A stretch of DNA of 64,000 nucleotides from Octopus sinensis (taxonomy: Eukaryota), in NCBI RefSeq assembly GCF_006345805.1, contig NC_043007.1, forward strand, positions 19,282,001 to 19,346,000. The letters run 5' to 3'. The notes under the pieces are model-generated. The model had not been told where the DNA came from. It was given only the letters and a program-made list of their open reading frames with translations, and searched no databases. Position numbers and translations under genes: made by a program. Numbering within the stretch: the first letter of the stretch is position 1; the number at the start of each line of letters is the position of its first letter. Positions 38,461 to 51,937 of the stretch are shown piece by piece.

Positions 38461-40972
38461 CTATAGAAACTGGGTAGATAAATGGATGGGTGGTTTGGTA
38501 GGAAGTGAAGATGTCTAGGATGAGGGCCTGAATAAGGAAGAGGATAGGAGGGGTAAGTTGATGGGTGGCTACAAGATGGGGGTTTATGGAACTGATCAGA
38601 TAATTACATAACCAGAAAGATAAAAGGATGAGTGCATAAACAGCTGGGTTGTCGGTGAGGATGTCAATAAGTGCCTAGCTAGATGGCTAAATTGGTGAGT
38701 CCAGGGTATGACTTTAAACCACCCCCTGTAGTATGGGGGGGCATGGTTTGGGAGTCCTAGGGCTTTGAAGAGTGTGAAGCCACCTCTTAGCCACACTTAA
38801 TCCAGAGCAGTAGCACCTGCCAGGGTCCCAGCTACTGGTTAATTAACATGTCATGGAATTACCTCCTGAAGAAGGTCACTCACAGACAACCCAAAGGACC
38901 CTGGGTAGAGGAGGTCATTTGGCTCTTTAACTGCTCATCTAAGAGAAGATAACTTCATACAAATCCTGCGTGCTGGTAACTAAAGGACTTGTGGCACTTG
39001 TTGCACCAAACTAACACAAGTTTGAAGGACGAGAGAATGGGACGAGCTCTGCACATATCATACCCATTCTAATAATGTTCATCATGCAAGTTGTTCAGCC
39101 AACCAAAATACAGAACACAACAAAACACTGAACTGGGAACACTGTGCAGCTGTGTCTTGAACTTCAAAAGCAGTGAAAGAGTCCAGTCAGGTGAATAACC
39201 AAGTAGTTGGGTGACTGGTAGATGGAGATGTGAGTTAGTGGTCAGATATGCCTAGCAAGATGTAGTGGGTAGCGATTTTCTTCCCCACTTCAGGGAGTGA
39301 CGACCTTGCCTGACACGGGTCCCAGGCTCAGCTGACAGTACTCAGTATGGGCCCCTATCCAGGCTTATAGAAAGGGGACAACCTTCAAAGAAATCTAGAG
39401 TGGAGCCCTGTAGGTGGTTTAGTGTTTGACTCAACACTCTTTCGGCAGCTCCTGCAACCAAGCTGGTGCCAAACGTAATGCTCTGCACTCCTTTGGACTA
39501 CGTCAGCAAGGTCAAGAGAGGAAACCTGACGACTGGGCTACCCAGGATCTTCTTACATCTAGCCCAGGCCTGCGCAAAACTGGAGAGGACATGAAATGTA
39601 AAAACCAGACTGGATTAGTTTATGCGCAACTCCATTGTCTCCCGAGACAAAAGGATGCCAACAACAACAAATGCTTAGGAAGATGGGTAAGTTTACAAGT
39701 GTACATTGCCATTGCAGCTTCCCTGAACTGGAGGGAATCATGTCATTAATATTTCTAAGTTAACATTTGTGGGAAAGATACAAACAAGGAAGGGATTCAA
39801 AAGAGATGACATTCTTAGAAGGAAGGATCAGTGCAGGCCCTTGGGAATGTTGGACACAGCAGAGGTAATGGGAGGAGGAGAGATGAGTAGGGTGTGAATA
39901 CCTGAATGGGAGTGGCATGAACCCAACCAGCTTCAAGGAGCAGAGGCCATCTCAGTAGTGGCAGAAAAGGGCAGGGAGAAGATACAGTATGCCTAGGTGT
40001 GAACCAGAGGCTGGAATGTGTCAGGGTGTGTCACTATGGCAACCAGATATGTGGAACTTTTTTGCACTCGATGACGTTTGTGCAGCTGTTGAGCAATAAT
40101 CCATTGAGGATTACATCTGAGTTTTATAGTTTATCAATAATCCTTATGGGCTGAAGTGTCCTCTAGCTCTGACAAGAAGCATTAGTTTTTGGGATGCAAC
40201 CCTAGCTTTGTTAAAGATGTGCTTTCACCAGGGGAGATCCTCAACGCTATTGAGACCCAATATTTAATGCAGTTATGATGGCTCTAGCTGGGTGTTGCTC
40301 ATGATTAAAAGTATACGTTTGTGTGTGTGTTGTGAAAATGCTGTCTTCTTATGAGTAGCACTTGGGCTTTTTGTTATATATTTTTGAGGCACGTAAGAGA
40401 ACCATCCGAACGTGGCCGTTGTCAGCGCCGCCCCGACTGGCCTCGTGCTGGTGGCACGTAAAAAGCATCATCCGTTCGTGGCTGTTGCCAGCCTCGCCTG
40501 GACCCCGTGCCAGTGGCACGTAAAAAGCACCATCCGATCATGGCCGTTTGCCAGCCCCGTCTGGTACCTGTGCCGGTGGCACATAAAAAACACCCACTAC
40601 ACTCACGGAGTGGTTGGTGTTAGGAAGAGCATCCAGCCGTAGAAACATTGCCAGATCAGACTGGGCCTGGTGCAGCCTTCTGGCTTCCCAGACCCCAGTT
40701 GAACCGTCCAACCCATGCTAGCATGGAAAGCGGACGCTAAACGATGAACGATGATTAGTGTAGAATTAAGATTGCATTCCTGGAGGGTTTACAGAGGCAA
40801 GTATTACAGCTGGTCGTTTGGACACTTCATACAAATATTTAGATTTCATGACATGTACTGAGCACTCTTTCCTTTTGTTTGTTTACCCCTCCCCCACTGT
40901 CTGTCTCACGCATGCACACACACAAACCAAACAACAAAACAAATGAGTGAAAAAATAACAAAACAAACTTAC

Positions 40973-41045
40973 CTGTGGCATATAATTACTGGAATCAACT
41001 CTTCCACCTCTTGGGTAGATACGACTCATTTGGCGCTTATTATAA
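40973..41045 (-). CDS. PLCB4: PLC-beta Y-box exon: [24 protein letters not shown]
   Basis: ttccccag|T acceptor preceded by a U12 branch point, CAG|gtaagt donor; 73 nt; contains the conserved SRIYP..R.DSSNY catalytic-site motif. Confidence 0.97.
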
Positions 41046-41056
41046 CTGGGGAACGT

Positions 41057-41067
41057 GTTAAGGAAAA
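41057..41067 (-). promoter_or_regulatory. U12-type (minor spliceosome) branch-point sequence TTTTCCTTAAC
   Basis: Sense strand reads ccaTTTTCCTTAACacgttccccag|exon; branch A at -13; matches the U12 consensus TTCCTTAAC at the expected 10-20 nt distance. Confidence 0.92.
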
Positions 41068-41942
41068 TGGCAGAATATTGTGGGGTGGGGAAAGGGCTTT
41101 TATTGGAAAAGAAAGAGCATTAAAAGAACAAAATCATCATTATTATTATTATGGTTAAATACATGATGAAAAGACCTCCACTGCAACATCATTTTGGAAT
41201 TAATCCCCATCCATCAGCCGAGCAGCAACAAAAAACTCTTCTTCTTCTTCTTCTTCTTCTTCTTCTTCATCTTCTTCATTATTATTATTATTAATATCAT
41301 TATTATTATTATAATCTTAATTTTTAATATACTATAGATTTTCCACCTCTGTATGTCTCTCGATAGTAAAAATTGGTTTTGGGTGTTGGTCATATCTCAT
41401 TCTACACTTCAATATATAATTGTACATACCCCTGGCCAATGCCATTACCACTTGATTGGTCCTGTGCCAGTGGCACATAAAAAGTGCCATTGAGCGTGGT
41501 CATTGCCAGTGCCGCCTTACTCACTCCCATGTCAGTGGCACGTAAAAAGCACCATTCAAGCATGGTCAATGCCAGTACTGCCTGGCTGGCCCTCATGCCG
41601 GTGGCACATAAAAAGCACCCACTACACTTTCAGAGTGGTTGGCATTAGGAAGGGCATCCAGCTGTAGAAACTTTACCAGATTAGATTGGAGTCTGGTACA
41701 GCCTTCTGACTTGCCAGTCCTCAGCTAAACCGTCAAACCCATGCCAGCATGGAAAGTAGATGTTAAACGACGACGATGATGATATATATATATATATAAT
41801 TGCATTCTTTCGTGTGTATATATATGCATATATGTGCCTGTTTCCATCCAATCGCCTTCATTTCATAAATATGAATGAATTTGTTGAATTTTGTTTAAGT
41901 TAAATCATATACTGATTACACATATATATATATATATATATA

Positions 41943-42497
41943 CGAGGATGAATCAAAAAGTAATGCCATTTTCTTTAGGATAGGTATAATTACCAACACA
42001 GGAACACATATTAGACATCAAAATGAAGCTTATTATGAATTTATTGTTTTTCCTTTTGAAAAGAAATCAACCAGAATGACACCTTGAGCATCCAAAAAGA
42101 CAGTTGCTATGAATTTTCCAACTGACTTTTGCGTGTTGATCATTTTCGGTGGTGGTAACATAGAGTGGTGTCATTCCATTGACTGCCTCTTTGATTACAG
42201 TTCATAATGCTGAACCCATGTTTCATCGCCTGTTACGAGCCTTCGAAAGAAGGTGTTGTCTCTTTGACTTTGTAGTGAAGAAGTGGCTCAAAGAACAATC
42301 AACAGAATTTTACAGCGCAGGGATACATGCTCTCATTCGAAGATGAAATATTGCTATTGAGAGAAACGGTGACATTGTTGAGAAGTAGGGATGTGATCTC
42401 CAGAGGACCAGCTTCATTTCGATGTATGATACACGTTCTTGTGTTGGTAATTATACCTGTCCTAAACAAAAGGGTATTGCTTTTTGACTCACCCTCA
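41943..42497. mobile_element. Internally deleted and rearranged mariner relic
   Basis: About 90-bp inverted termini in a TA context; minus strand VTGDETWVQHYE..SKRQSME...ATVFLDAQGVILVDF; plus strand VKKWLKEQSTEFYSAGIHAL...NGDIVEK-stop. Confidence 0.85.
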
Positions 42498-44002
42498 TAT
42501 ACATACATATATACAACACATGTATATACACACACACACACACATATATACATAAATATATATATCCATATATATACATGTGCATGTGTGTGTGTTTTCC
42601 TTATTGTCTTCTGTTTTTTAATTGCCTTATCAGAGGAGGAAGGGTAGAGCAGTTCCATTGACCCTCCCCAGAACCCCTCGGGCAAGTGATACAATAAAGA
42701 TCTCGTCCATAGACCAGAGACTCTGACTCAAATTACCAACATCAAACAGATTCCATTAAATGTACCCAAAGCTCAAACAGAGAAATTCTTCCTCAGGATG
42801 CAGGTACACTTTCCGAAAATCAATATTTTCTACAAAGTGATGGCATGTTGTCAATTTAATGTGACAGTCCCATGAAAGGGAAGAATGCTACTGTTATTTA
42901 GCCCCAAGAAACACCGTTTCCAGCTGGCTATGAAACATTTTCTGTGTCCTTATGTTTTCAAAGGGGAGATAAGTACCACCACCCAGCAAAGCCAGCACTC
43001 AGAAACTAGTTTCAGAGTCATTGCTCATCATCAGTCTGGAGTAGCATGGCTAGCTAGCTGTCAATGACTACCCACCTTTGAAACATATGTTTCTAGTGAA
43101 ATACATTCACTGATTTCGAAAATAGAAATAATACATTTCTAAATCTCTCCAAGAGATTTATACAGTAGCAGCACGATAAAGCGATGGTATGTTGTCAACT
43201 TAATGTGACAGTCCCATAAAAGGGAAGAATGCTATTGCTATTTAGCCCCAGGAAACACCGTTTCCAGTTGGCCATGACACATTTTCTGTTTCCTTAGTTC
43301 TTGAGTAAATGAAGTACTTCAAAAGGATTTTGAATTATCATTATTATTATTATTACTATTATTATTATTAAGGTGGTGAGCTGGTAGAATTGTTAGCATG
43401 TCAAGCAAAACGCTCAGTAGCATTTTGAGTTCAAATTCCACAGAGGTTGACTTTGCCTTTCATCCTTTCAGGGTCGATAAAATATATACCAGTTGCATAC
43501 TGGGGCCGATGTAATTGATATACCTCCACCCCTGAACTTGCTGGCCTTGTGCCAAAGTTTGAAACTGTTGTTGTTATTATTTCGTTTTTGTACCTGGTTT
43601 GCAAGATTCTTTACATGAACGCCTGTGTTGAAGCATATTTTATTGTGTCTGGGGAGAGTCATTCTGTTTTACTGCCTTGTTAATTAACACACTCACAGGT
43701 TCAATTTCCACTCATTTACTTCTTTTTTTCCTTTTTTTTTTCTAAAATTTTCGATGCTTCTTGCATGAAGACGTTGCAAGAAGCAACAAAAATAAATAAA
43801 TAAGTAAATGAGTGGAAATTGAACCTGAGAGTGTGTTAATTAACAAGGCATTAAAATAAAATGACTCTCCCCAGAAAACAACAAAATTATTATTATTATT
43901 ATTGTTATTATTATTGTTATTACTATTATTATTATTATTATTATTAAAGTGGTGAGAGTGTTGAATCATTAGCATGCCTGACAAAATATATATACGTGTG
44001 TA

Positions 44003-44051
<49 letters not shown>

Positions 44052-45256
44052 ATTTTTTATTATATATATATATATGTATGTATGTATAAATATTCATAAA
44101 TATATAAATTTACACACATACATACATACATATATACACACATATATCTCCTATTATGCTCTTTCTCTCTCTATATATATATATGTGTGTGTGTGTGTGT
44201 GCATGCATGTGCACACATTTATATACACACACACATAAATACATAAATATATAGTCACACATTCACATCCATTTATATTCTTCTCTAGCTTATTTCCCTC
44301 TTTTGAGAGCAGTAATCTTGTAAGTTATAAATCTCCTGTGAGCCAATCACTGGTCCATTATATTTCTGAAGGGAGACTTAAAGAAGCATGATACTACAGG
44401 ATATATTTCTTGGAAAGCATCAGTTTATCCATTTTTGACATCAACAATGATCTATGCATTGGGTATGAAGCATTTTGGTACCATTCATTTGGCATTGCTG
44501 AGTCAATGATGACTTACTTGACATCCGATTATATTACTGCACCTTCCTCTCTCTCTCTCTCTCTCTGTTTGCCTCCAGTACCAAAAAGTACTGTGGCTCA
44601 AACAGGTTCAATATCCAGTCAGCCGTGCCAAATTGTTAGCATCCCAAACAGCCACAGTCAATCACCTCATTCAGATATTCAGTTACATCATCTTACACAC
44701 ATTTCATTAACAAAGAATGATAATTAGCTATACATTATATAAATTATATCATCCAGTTACATTGTCCACTGATAGCAACACTGTCACCAGTCCAGTGTAT
44801 TCATGATAGATATGAACCATGTATTGTTGAAATGCCTTATGAAGGAAGAAATACAATACCAAGACCTCCATTCCTAAACTAAAGTTGTCAAATCATCAGA
44901 GATTCGTAATTTTCATTACTAATTTTACAAATTAAGAATGAGAATTATGAATCTCTGAAGATTTGACAATGCAATTGAATCATATAATTTACATTATAAA
45001 TAACTAATTATCATTGTTTGTTAATGATGGTGTAACTAAATATTTTATGAGCAAACTATCTGCTTTATGGTTTTCTATGATGTACTATATGACATATCCA
45101 GCTGTGGATTTCAGTCAAATGATATGTGGACTATAACACTGGTGCTTTCCATAATTTCATCATTTCCCTTCAAACATACAGGAAAACACATGGAGTTATT
45201 TGGTTAGTTGGTATGTAATTTGAAGTTAAATTGGTTTCTGTGTGCGTGAGAGTATA

Positions 45257-45690
45257 GGCGCAGGTGTGGCTGTTTGGTAAGTAGCTTGTTTCCCAACCAC
45301 ATGGTTCCAGGTTCAGTCCCACAGCGTGACACCTTGGGTAAGTAAGTGTCTTCTACTATAGCCTTGGGCCGACCAATGCCTTGTGAGTGGTTTTGGTAGA
45401 CAGAAACTGAAAGAAGCCCATCATACATATATATGTATGTATGTATGTATGTGTGTGTTTGTTTGTTTGTTTCCCCAACATCACTTGACAACTGCTGGGG
45501 GATAAACACTGACACACAAACATATATATACATATACGATGGGCTTCTTTCAGTTTCTATCTACCAAATCCACTCACAAGGCTTTGCTTGGCCCAAGGCT
45601 ATAGTGGAAGACACTTACCCAAGGTGTCACACTGTAGGACTGAACCCGGAACCATGTGGTTAGGAAGCAAGCTACTTACCATACAGCTAC
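45257..45690. mobile_element. Tail-to-tail inverted pair of tRNA-derived CORE-like SINEs (family 2)
   Basis: ggcgcaggtgtggctg...ggttcagtccc...accttgggtaag..tgtcttctactatagcc on + (45257-45423) and its reverse complement at 45530-45690; other copies at 24180-24340, 27720-27850, 54350-54510. Confidence 0.85.
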
Positions 45691-47617
45691 AACTTTTACT
45701 ATATATGTATATATATTTTTCAACACACATGTATACACATCAAATAAAGGATTATAATGCTTGTTTGAAGAATGGGCAGAAGGTAGTATTGGTTAACAAA
45801 TAGCAAAAACACTTTGATATCACTGTAAAATACAACTCACAACATAACACCAGCAATATGAGTTAATAAATAAACACAAAAATAAATTAAAATTAAAATA
45901 ATAAAAATCACAAAAAAGCCCCCAAACAAAAATATGAGAATATTAAAATAAAATAAAATAAAACAAAACAATTCAGAAGCAAATAAATGATTATACAACA
46001 AATATTAATTAATATAATTACAATATCGCTACTACTACTACTACCACTGCTACTACATCTACTACTACTACCAGTAGTAGTAGTAGTAATAGTTTTACAG
46101 GACAATATTTACACAGAAACAACAGAAATAGTGGTGGTGGTGGTGGTGGTGGTGTTATATAGTTTCGTTTGAATTCAAATATTCCCCCACTCTCCCCCCT
46201 CTCTGTCTTGTATATGCATGCATCGATATGCACATGAACTAACAAGGGCACCCCCACCCGTACATAGTTACTCAACCTGCAAGAAATAACAATCAAATCT
46301 TCCTCAAACTACATCCTGCCTACTTTATAGAGAGAAGCACACATCAGCTAATGTAATCCTCGACTTACTAAATAATATTAATAATAATAATAATAATTGT
46401 CGTCGTTGTCTCCCATTTTGTCACTGGTTGGCTGGTTCAACAGGATGCAATGTTCCTAAGGACCCTATTGTAGTCCAGTGTCAGTTTTGGCAAGGTTTCT
46501 ATGCCTGGATCCCTTTCCTAATGCCAACCACTTTACAGAGAGTTCAGGGTGTATTTTCCATGGCACCAGCATCAATGCTTCTTATGTGGCACCAGCCCCA
46601 GTGGGGTTACCATGTAGCCTGCAAAGAATCTTTACTTCTAAACTAAACAAATTAATGTTTTTGTCAATTCAGGCGCTAACGCACCAAGTGTCTTATCGCA
46701 GGCTGTGTACACAATCTCACTTGAGATTGAACCAAGAACTTTTAGCTGTAAACTCACAATATGAACACTCTTATCAATTAAGCCACAAATAAGATGTTCG
46801 TAACAATATGGAATAGATTTGGAGGTATTGATCTCTGAATTAAACCAATCACTTTCTAACACATTAACTTTGGTACCTTGATCAGATGCACATCTGATCA
46901 TGCTCTGAAGATGGCAACAAGTGTGATCAAAAGTTTAGCTTATCTTTGATCCTTTATTTTTCTTCTTCTCTTAACATATAACAACTCTTTTCCAAACCTG
47001 GGCAGGTGTAGTGCTAGAAAATACACGTGACTCCACATTAATTGCCCTTGGATCACCGCTAGAGGCACTTGTCTCAAGAACTCTGTCAGTGATTGATCCT
47101 GGAACCATGTGGTTGAAAAGCAAACTTCTTAACCACACAGTCATCTGTACATCTAGGAGTCTAGAATAGTAAAAGGGATGGTCATGGGTAGAATTCCTTA
47201 AATGCTATCTTTGGACTCTCAGACATGAATTTGGTCCCTAACCTTTCAGCAGTCAGATTACCCAGTTAGATATAATCCTTGTTTATCTACATTGTTTTGA
47301 ACTAATCATGGATTATCTTGTAGCTTCAAGATTTCAATGATGCGATTGCACCTTTTTAGAACAACATTGCAGGATAGGTACGCGAGGTCGAATCTGGTCA
47401 GTATTAGCATAAAACAAAAAAGGGTTTGACCCAGTTACGTCTGGTTTAATTGTTAAGGGGCCAAGAATATGATTCAAAGCTGCACCCTCTACTCCCCACC
47501 CCACACAATTAACACTATGCATCATCTTTGTCCCCCTCGCCACTCCACCACCAGATATAGACACACAGACAAATGGACAGAAGGATGGACGGATGGACAG
47601 ACGGAGCACAATACAAC

Positions 47618-47625
47618 AAGGATAC
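47618..47625 (-). promoter_or_regulatory. U12-type 5' splice site GTATCCTT after exon B
   Basis: Sense gtatccttgtt, identical over 11 nt to the donor of exon A although the exons themselves have diverged. Confidence 0.9.
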
Positions 47626-47710
47626 TCGACAAAATCCAAGCAGCTGTGTTTGATGAGACTCAGTCCTGCGTTCTCGTTGAACGAAGACATGTTGTAATGA
47701 AGTCTTCTAG
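47626..47710 (-). CDS. PLCB4: PLC-beta Y-box alternative exon B: (A)[27 protein letters not shown](D)
   Basis: Long polypyrimidine tract then tttgcaag|CT acceptor, GTCGA|gtatccttg donor (U12-type); 85 nt, same phases as exon A, open frame, 16/29 aa identical to exon A. Confidence 0.88.
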
Positions 47711-48428
47711 CTTGCAAATAAAACCAAAAGAAAAAAAGAAGAAAAGAAAAAAACGACACCAAAAAGAAGTGAAAATAAATAAAAACACAACAGAAACACA
47801 AAAAAAAACCAATGATTCATGCAACAACAACAAGAACAACGACATTAATAATTAGCAGCAACATCAATGGTAAGAGTAGTGAGAAAAAAAAAACACAAAC
47901 ATGATAGAAAGATGCAGAGAGATGAGAGAGAGAGAGAGAGAGAGACAGAGAGAGATGGAGAGAGAGAGAAGGAGAGAGAGAAGGAGTGTGTATGTGTGTA
48001 GTTGGATTGCTTCTATAAACGGTCAAATGTCTCTTGAAGCACAGACAGTGTCCAGACACTGTGTGACTCTGGACAATGTCCACACTTCTACACGCTGAAC
48101 AAACAAATATATGGACATGTGTATGTTTGTGCATGCATGTGTGTGTATGTTTGTGTGTGTGTGAAGGCGTGTGGCCTAGTGGTTAGGCTATCGCACTCAT
48201 AATCAGTAGATCACAGGTTCAATTCCGTGACTGGGTAGCATGTTGTGTTCTTGAGCCAAATGCTTCATTTCGTGTTGCTGCAGTCTCCTTTCAATTAGAG
48301 GGCAATTTTGGCCTGCTTGCCTGGCTAGTGGGGTGGCATCATTTAAAGGCTAAAATGGTGTAAAGCTGGTGTCGAGTGATATTTAACAACAACTAACAGC
48401 TTTATTGAACATGTGATCATGTGATATA

Positions 48429-48824
48429 TCTATATATATAAAGCTGAAGTTGTCTGTGTGTGTGTGGCAGGTTTGGTAGCCTTCAACTAACACTATCTCC
48501 TCTGAGACCCTGCGGCACAAGTTGACCAAAATTGAGAGTATGATAGAAGAAGGCTTGCTCTTCCTTCCGTAGAAGAAAAAATTCAAATCGGACCATGTTA
48601 ACACCAAAAATTATTTACATCAAAAAGGTGCCTTTTTTTCTATGAAAATCCCTATTTTTTTACGATTTTTTGATTGCTGTGTCACCATTTTTTGGTGTAT
48701 TTCAACCAGAAAAATGTTCACTTAAAGAGAATAACAAGCTACATAATGCAAAATTTTTACTTTCCAAAAATTCTAATTCTAAAGGGTCGAAACAAACCCG
48801 AGCAACGCCGAGCAATACTGCTAG
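48429..48824 (+). mobile_element. Non-autonomous Helitron
   Basis: 5' TC(tatatatataaa), 3' hairpin-like cccgagcaacgccgag then CTAG; sits between A and T. Confidence 0.8.
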
Positions 48825-49588
48825 TTTAAAAATAAAATGGACTCTCCCCTCATTAGACGACGGATGAGAGTTTGGCATTTTCATGCTGAACAACGACACA
48901 GATGATTTGTATATATATATATACGATGGGCTTCTTTCAATTTCCATCTACCAAATCCACTCACAAGGCTTTGGTCAGCCCAACAATCATCAGAAAAGGC
49001 TGTAAGGAATAGCTTGGTGCAATCGCTTTTCCTTCTGGAAGTCTGAATGTGCCACATCCATTCAGCTGTTTTTATATCTGCTGTAAAATCCAGAATGAAA
49101 TTGTCCTGTTTGGAACCGAGGGAGAAAAACTTTTTAGTTCACCAGAGTTACATCCCTTGGATTGAGATCTGGAAAAAAAGCCCATCATAGTATGTTGGAT
49201 ACTTACTTGTAGGGTGGGGCTGGACCAGGTAAGAGAAGAGTCATGTAGTCAAGTGGAGTGAATAGGGATGGGAGATGGTTGCGGAGGTAGTCAATATGTA
49301 TTTATGTATGTACATGTACCACAAATGGATGTAGCAAGTCTTATATTTATTCCTCAGATTTTAGATGGGGGAAATAGCTGAGATGTTGCTAACCAGTATG
49401 CTAAGACAAACCTGCACTCATGTGGACAGGATTAGAAAATTTCGCTCCTACGATTAAGATAGGTGCCTGGGTGAAAAGAGTTCTTTAGTATGATCCTCTT
49501 CTCAGCCAAGCAGAACCTGCAACTCCAACTACCATAAAGGTGAGGCCTATATTTTCTTACTATCCTCTGTCACTGTCTCTGTGTGTGC

Positions 49589-49620
<32 letters not shown>

Positions 49621-50930
49621 GGGGGTGGGTATGTATATACCTGCACAGATGTGTATGAGTGTGTATGCATATTGATTGTAATATATGGTATGTTTTAAAA
49701 ACAAATTTAAAATATTACATTTAAATTAATATCAAAAGAAAACAAGTTAGATTAATAGCAAAAATAACAAAATTAAAATTCACAAAATATTTTCAAAGTT
49801 GTTAAAAGAAATCCAACAGAAACAATAACAACAACATCAGTAACAATGATAATGAATATCTTTTGTTGTTGTTTTTTTTTAACTAGACATAATGCTAATT
49901 ACCTGTAACTATTGACTGCATTACCTTTAATTATTTACTGGCTCTGGAGGAGATGGAAGTTAAAGTTTGACAATTTAGTTAGAAATCAGACCATTGTTTT
50001 AATGGATTAATTAATTAATCAATCAATCAACCAATTAATTAATTAATTAACTTGAAACAGCCTCTAATATTCTAGAACAAGACCTGTTCTCGGTAGAAAG
50101 GTGAATGAAATCTAAAATGTCCCTTGTCAATCCATCGAATCCTGTTTCAATTCCTTAGTATTTCTGGACCTGTGGAACAGTTTGCAACTGGGAAGATGGC
50201 TGTTTTGGGGTACGGACGTTGTGGCAATAGGGAGAGAGAAAAAGAGAGGTAGGTAGGTAGGTAAGTAGGTTGATAGGTAGGTAGATAAATTTATAAATAG
50301 GTTGGTAGGCCACTAAGTACCCAGATAGGTAGGTGGGATCCTTACTGTAAAATGGGTGTTGTTACAAGTACCCAGATTGGTAGGTAGGATCCTTACTGTA
50401 AAATGGGTGTTGTTACATCACCGTTATCTGTTGTCCTGCCCCGACAAGGAACTGCAATGACTTTGGGGCTGAAGGAAAACAGTTACAGGTAACTGCCTTC
50501 AAATACTGATGTGGGGTGGTCAACAATTATGATGACCTCTCTGTCCAGTATTTAGTCTGACACTGATTTCACTGATATTGCTGGACAATGAAAGATGAAA
50601 CGAATCAACTACAAAGAGAAGTGCCCAATACTGAATTAAATGCTGCAACCAGTTTTTGACTGCATTGGGTTTTTTTTCCCATTACATGTGAACACACACA
50701 CACACACACCTATAGGTTTATCAAAGGCCCTCTGCACAGTTTCTTGATTGCAGCTGCCTGACGAATGAGGACATAAAACTCGGAGTAGCAGATTTTGTGT
50801 TGTTTTTGTGGCTTTAATAATAAAAACAAAACATATTACTCTACCTGTGGCATTCGAGTACTATTTTTTTCCCACCTTGTTTCGCATTTATGTGCTTACT
50901 CATGTACATATACATATCTATATCTATCTG

Positions 50931-51064
<134 letters not shown>

Positions 51065-51348
51065 AAATACAGACACATCTAAGACCTGTGCTGCTTTGTG
51101 ACTCTGGTTATTAATATCTGGCACAATAATATTTACCTTTCAATAAACAGTAAGTGCTGCGTTCTCTCTGCAGCTTGTAAAACAGATGCAAAGAATCTCT
51201 GATGAGGCTTTAATTAAAAACAAAACTAGTTAGTTCAACCTGTTTTATGAACTGCTGTAACGCTTTGTTTGAACCAAGGGGGTCTACCTATTAAAAGTGT
51301 ACACACTCACACGTGCACACACAGACACACACACATAATACCTAGATA

Positions 51349-51714
51349 TCTCTCTATATATAAACGGCAAAATATGTGTGTGTGTGTGTCCTTTATACAA
51401 ATCCACAATTTTTCAGTTAGAGGGCTCGCACTTTCTATGATCATTCAAAACTGTCCAAGGGTGGTCGTGCACATCTTTACATTTCCCCAGTCACCCTGCA
51501 AAGCCATTCAAAAATCAATAGAAGTGACTTTTTTGTGGATTTTCTATCCAAAACCCAATGAAAATGCCCGAAACTTGATACGCCAATTGAATGCCAGCTA
51601 GCTGTATGTGATTGGTCGGAGATTTGGACAGTACTCGAGTGTATGTGTGCACGCACGCAGCTGTATATGCATGCACGAGCACTATGACCTGGTGTTGCCG
51701 GGTCACAGTGCTAG
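51349..51714 (+). mobile_element. Non-autonomous Helitron, different family
   Basis: 5' TC(tctctatatataa), 3' hairpin gacctggtgttgccgggtc then acagtgCTAG; sits between A and T. Confidence 0.8.
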
Positions 51715-51929
51715 TACAATATATAAACAAAAATGGGGGAGAAGCGAGCGGTGCTAGGGAAGGCCAGGGTAGCAAAATCAACAGATTGATGTTTGTTTGC
51801 AGGGTTCCTAATGCTGGATCATTCTGAGTTCCCATCAGGGCCCAACAACATGTAGAATTGGAGTTTTGATTTTTTTCGTTTCTCTTCTTTTTTTTTGTTT
51901 TTTTTTTCTGGTTTCAGTTTAGAACGAAC

Positions 51930-51937
51930 AAGGATAC
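51930..51937 (-). promoter_or_regulatory. U12-type 5' splice site GTATCCTT after exon A
   Basis: Sense gtatccttgtt; U12 consensus RTATCCTT. Confidence 0.9.

Noticed and set aside
39426-39749. 107-aa ORF in a GC-richer block
   Set aside because: Probably part of a decayed LINE 5' region; no domain recognised and antisense to a PLC intron.
47703-47708. Downstream TAG/AAG acceptors for exon B
   Set aside because: They give 81- or 78-nt exons that are out of frame; only the AAG at 47712-47711 reproduces the 85-nt length of exon A.
50170-50187. Frame-preserving 18-nt micro-exon candidate (cttcccag|TTGCAAACTGTTCCACAG|gtccag) between exons A and B
   Set aside because: Poor donor (GTCCAG), and it would insert six residues into a conserved catalytic barrel; no supporting homology.
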